Source of the DNA: Candidatus Omnitrophota bacterium | GTDB taxonomy: Bacteria > Ratteibacteria > UBA8468 > MWAK01 | NCBI GenBank assembly: GCA_043797665.1 | Contig: JAZDPL010000063.1 | Coordinates: forward strand, 1-16,592 | Length of the DNA: 16,592 nucleotides | Direction of reading: 5' to 3' | Shown here: piece after piece, positions 14,529 through 16,592 of the stretch | Layout: each line of letters starts with the position of its first letter | Numbering within the stretch: position 1 is the first letter of the stretch | The notes under the pieces: model-generated | What the model saw: only the letters and a program-made list of their open reading frames with translations | Told to the model about the DNA's origin: nothing | Databases searched by the model: none | Made by a program: the position numbers and the translations under genes

Positions 14529-14924
14529 GTGTCCAAACAAACTTATCAGTATTGGTTAAAATCTGCCCGATTAGATTTAAAAACAGCCCGAAATTTATTT
14601 CAGCATCGAGAATATCCGTGGACACTTTTTATCGGCCATCTGACGCTCGAAAAACTTCTTAAAGCTTATTACACAAAGTTTATTGATCCGAAAGTACCTT
14701 ACCGCCACAATCTCTTATTGCTTACTAAGGAATGTAAACTTAAGTTATCTGAAAAACAAACGCAATTCTTCGATGAAATTTCACTTTTTAACATTGCGAC
14801 ACGATATCCGGATGTGAAGTTTCTATTTTATAAAAAGTGTACAGAAAATTTTACCCGGAAATACCTTGAAAAAATCGTTAAATTTGCAGAGTGGTTAACG
14901 GAACAAATTGAAAATGGACCCTAA
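14529..14924 (+). CDS. HEPN domain protein
   Basis: W...A..DL..A...F..H...EKLLKA...HNL...RYP pattern of the classic HEPN family. 131 aa. Confidence 0.9.
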   Translation: MSKQTYQYWLKSARLDLKTARNLFQHREYPWTLFIGHLTLEKLLKAYYTKFIDPKVPYRHNLLLLTKECKLKLSEKQTQFFDEISLFNIATRYPDVKFLFYKKCTENFTRKYLEKIVKFAEWLTEQIENGP

Positions 14925-15222
14925 GTTAATAAAGATAGTTAAAGAATATATTGCAGAATTAAAAAGGAGCCGGCTCCATATCTTACGTGTATATTTATAT
15001 GGTTCGTACGCAAAAAAAGTAAATAAAACTAATAGTGACATTGATGTGGCGGTTATCTCTGATTCTTTCTCCGATGACTGGTTTGAAAATATGAAATTAC
15101 TTCTGAAATTGCGGAGAAAAATTGACCTGCGTATTGAGCCGATTCCTTTTCGTCCCGAAGACTTCAATCCATCCCAGCCTCTTTACCACCAGATAACTAG
15201 AGAAGGGATTCAGATAATATAG
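14914..15222 (+). CDS. Minimal nucleotidyltransferase (MNT)
   Basis: YLYGSYAKKVNKTNSDIDVAVIS (GSX10DXD), IEPIPF. ATG 14914 overlaps the HEPN gene end. Confidence 0.9.
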   Translation: MDPKLIKIVKEYIAELKRSRLHILRVYLYGSYAKKVNKTNSDIDVAVISDSFSDDWFENMKLLLKLRRKIDLRIEPIPFRPEDFNPSQPLYHQITREGIQII

Positions 15223-15239
15223 ACGGCTGGTGTAAAAAC

Positions 15240-16226
15240 CTATACTTTTAGAGGAATCGGCTTATTGCTTCTGGCACTTTCAATAATGCCTTCCATAACC
15301 AGAATGGTTTCCAGGCCCTCTTCCGGTTTTACCGACAATTGCTTTCCCTCAGTTATGGCATCATAAAGGTTCTCATAAAAGGTGAGTATCTTCCAGGGAT
15401 AAGTCTGGTAATATTGTGGTCTGAAAAAATCAAAATCCATCCCTTTTTCCGAATTAAAATAGATGTGCTTCAACATAGTGTCTTCTCTCCTCTGAACCCA
15501 ATCGTGAGTCAGGGAACCTTTGGTACCCAGAAGATAAAACCTGGGCAAGAGGAAAGGCTTTGCCTGGGGAACTGCCGAGACTTCAACCATTAGACCATCC
15601 GGATAGATCAATTGGGCCGAGAAGAATCCCTGGCCATCCCAATTGTTTTCCGGATGAGATAGGATTCCAAAGACTCTTTCCGGCAGTCCGCCCACCAGTC
15701 TCAAAACCTGGTCTATGAGGTGGCTTCCCCATTCATACAAAACATCTACTTCTCCCAGACTTGCCGGATAATAATTTTTTATCAGTTTCAGTTTGCCAAG
15801 CCGACCTTCTTCCATAACCTGTTTCACGTTCAAATAATCTACATCCCAGCGTCTGTTTTGGTGAATGGTCAGGACCCTTTTGGTTTCATCTTTTGTTTTG
15901 AGCAATTCTCTTGCCTCTTCTGAAGTAATACAGAAAGGCTTTTCCACCACCACATCTTTTCCCGTTTTTAAAGCCTTAATCGCTAAAGAAAAGTGGGTGG
16001 AATGAGGTCTGGTTGCGATGATAACCAGGCTTATCTCTTTATCTTCCAGAAACCCGGTAAAATCCTGGTATCCTTTCACCCCGAATTTGTTACAGGTCTG
16101 TTCTAACCTCTCCTTATTCAGGTCGCAGAAAGCCACCAGTTTAAATTTATCCGGGTACTCTTCGGTAATAGTCTTTCCGTGATGACTTGCCCCAAAACCA
16201 CATCCGGCAATTCCCACTCCGATCAC
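15240..16226 (-). CDS. Gfo/Idh/MocA-family oxidoreductase
   Basis: GIAGCGFG Rossmann motif, VVEKP, HQNRRWD, WGSHLIDQ. Confidence 0.93.
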   Translation of the reverse strand: MIGVGIAGCGFGASHHGKTITEEYPDKFKLVAFCDLNKERLEQTCNKFGVKGYQDFTGFLEDKEISLVIIATRPHSTHFSLAIKALKTGKDVVVEKPFCITSEEARELLKTKDETKRVLTIHQNRRWDVDYLNVKQVMEEGRLGKLKLIKNYYPASLGEVDVLYEWGSHLIDQVLRLVGGLPERVFGILSHPENNWDGQGFFSAQLIYPDGLMVEVSAVPQAKPFLLPRFYLLGTKGSLTHDWVQRREDTMLKHIYFNSEKGMDFDFFRPQYYQTYPWKILTFYENLYDAITEGKQLSVKPEEGLETILVMEGIIESARSNKPIPLKV

Positions 16227-16592
16227 TTTTCCTCCTTACCGGGTTCCGCGGCCCACCGGGCGCCGGATACGAAGACCTCCTGGAAGAATTGGTTCTGGCA
16301 CGCTTCTATATTATGCCCCAGCGCCAGATAAAACACTCTTCCTTTTCCCCATGGCTTCACCCAGGCAACCGGACAGAGTATCCCCTGATAGACGGTGGTC
16401 GCCAGAATATGGACCCGGCTGTCATAGTCTAAAAGATACTGTTCATCCTTCACCTTATACTCATAGACCGGCCACTTCTCCCAGTCCTTGACCGTATAAC
16501 CTTCAATGGATTTCGTCACCGGATGTTCCGTGTCTTTAAGGCTAACGAGATACTCCCGGATAAAAGGATGGCCGGTAAAAACTCCCCCGAGC
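16223..16592 (-). CDS. ThuA-domain (trehalose utilisation-like) protein, 5'-partial
   Basis: The frame stays open to the window edge: LGGVFTGHPF...HPVTKSI...DEQY...PVAWVKPWGKGRVFYLALGH. Confidence 0.88.
   Translation of the reverse strand, partial: LGGVFTGHPFIREYLVSLKDTEHPVTKSIEGYTVKDWEKWPVYEYKVKDEQYLLDYDSRVHILATTVYQGILCPVAWVKPWGKGRVFYLALGHNIEACQNQFFQEVFVSGARWAAEPGKEEK

Overview
Bacterial chromosomal window (it looks like an uncultured or candidate-phylum anaerobe, but this cannot be determined from the sequence). A housekeeping core (2643-14209) carries a DUF4139 protein, a phasin-like protein, an ABC1/UbiB-family kinase, obgE, an archease-dksA-like-lspA-lgt-lysC operon, PiT plus DUF47, aroB and rfbD. 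A Gfo/Idh/MocA oxidoreductase and a partial ThuA gene lie at the right end. Two accessory patches interrupt this. Left (1-2640): a nested stack of IS ends truncates an FN3-repeat surface-protein gene, whose last 162 bp are directly duplicated around an MNT-HepT toxin-antitoxin module, followed by a BrnT-type toxin frameshifted into its antitoxin. Right (14293-15222): a hairpin-rich element and a HEPN-MNT pair. The most novel-looking signal is a short end motif, TTGAACC...AAATTCCTGTAGG(G)TTCAA. It occurs once filled with the MNT-HepT module (985-1771) and once empty (14421-14464) beside the second HEPN-MNT pair, and its terminal TCAA is exactly the breakpoint of the 162-bp duplication. This suggests a tiny non-autonomous TA-carrying cassette system. 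Two 50-bp GTAG REP doublets that differ only by compensatory base-pair changes flank the phasin-like gene.
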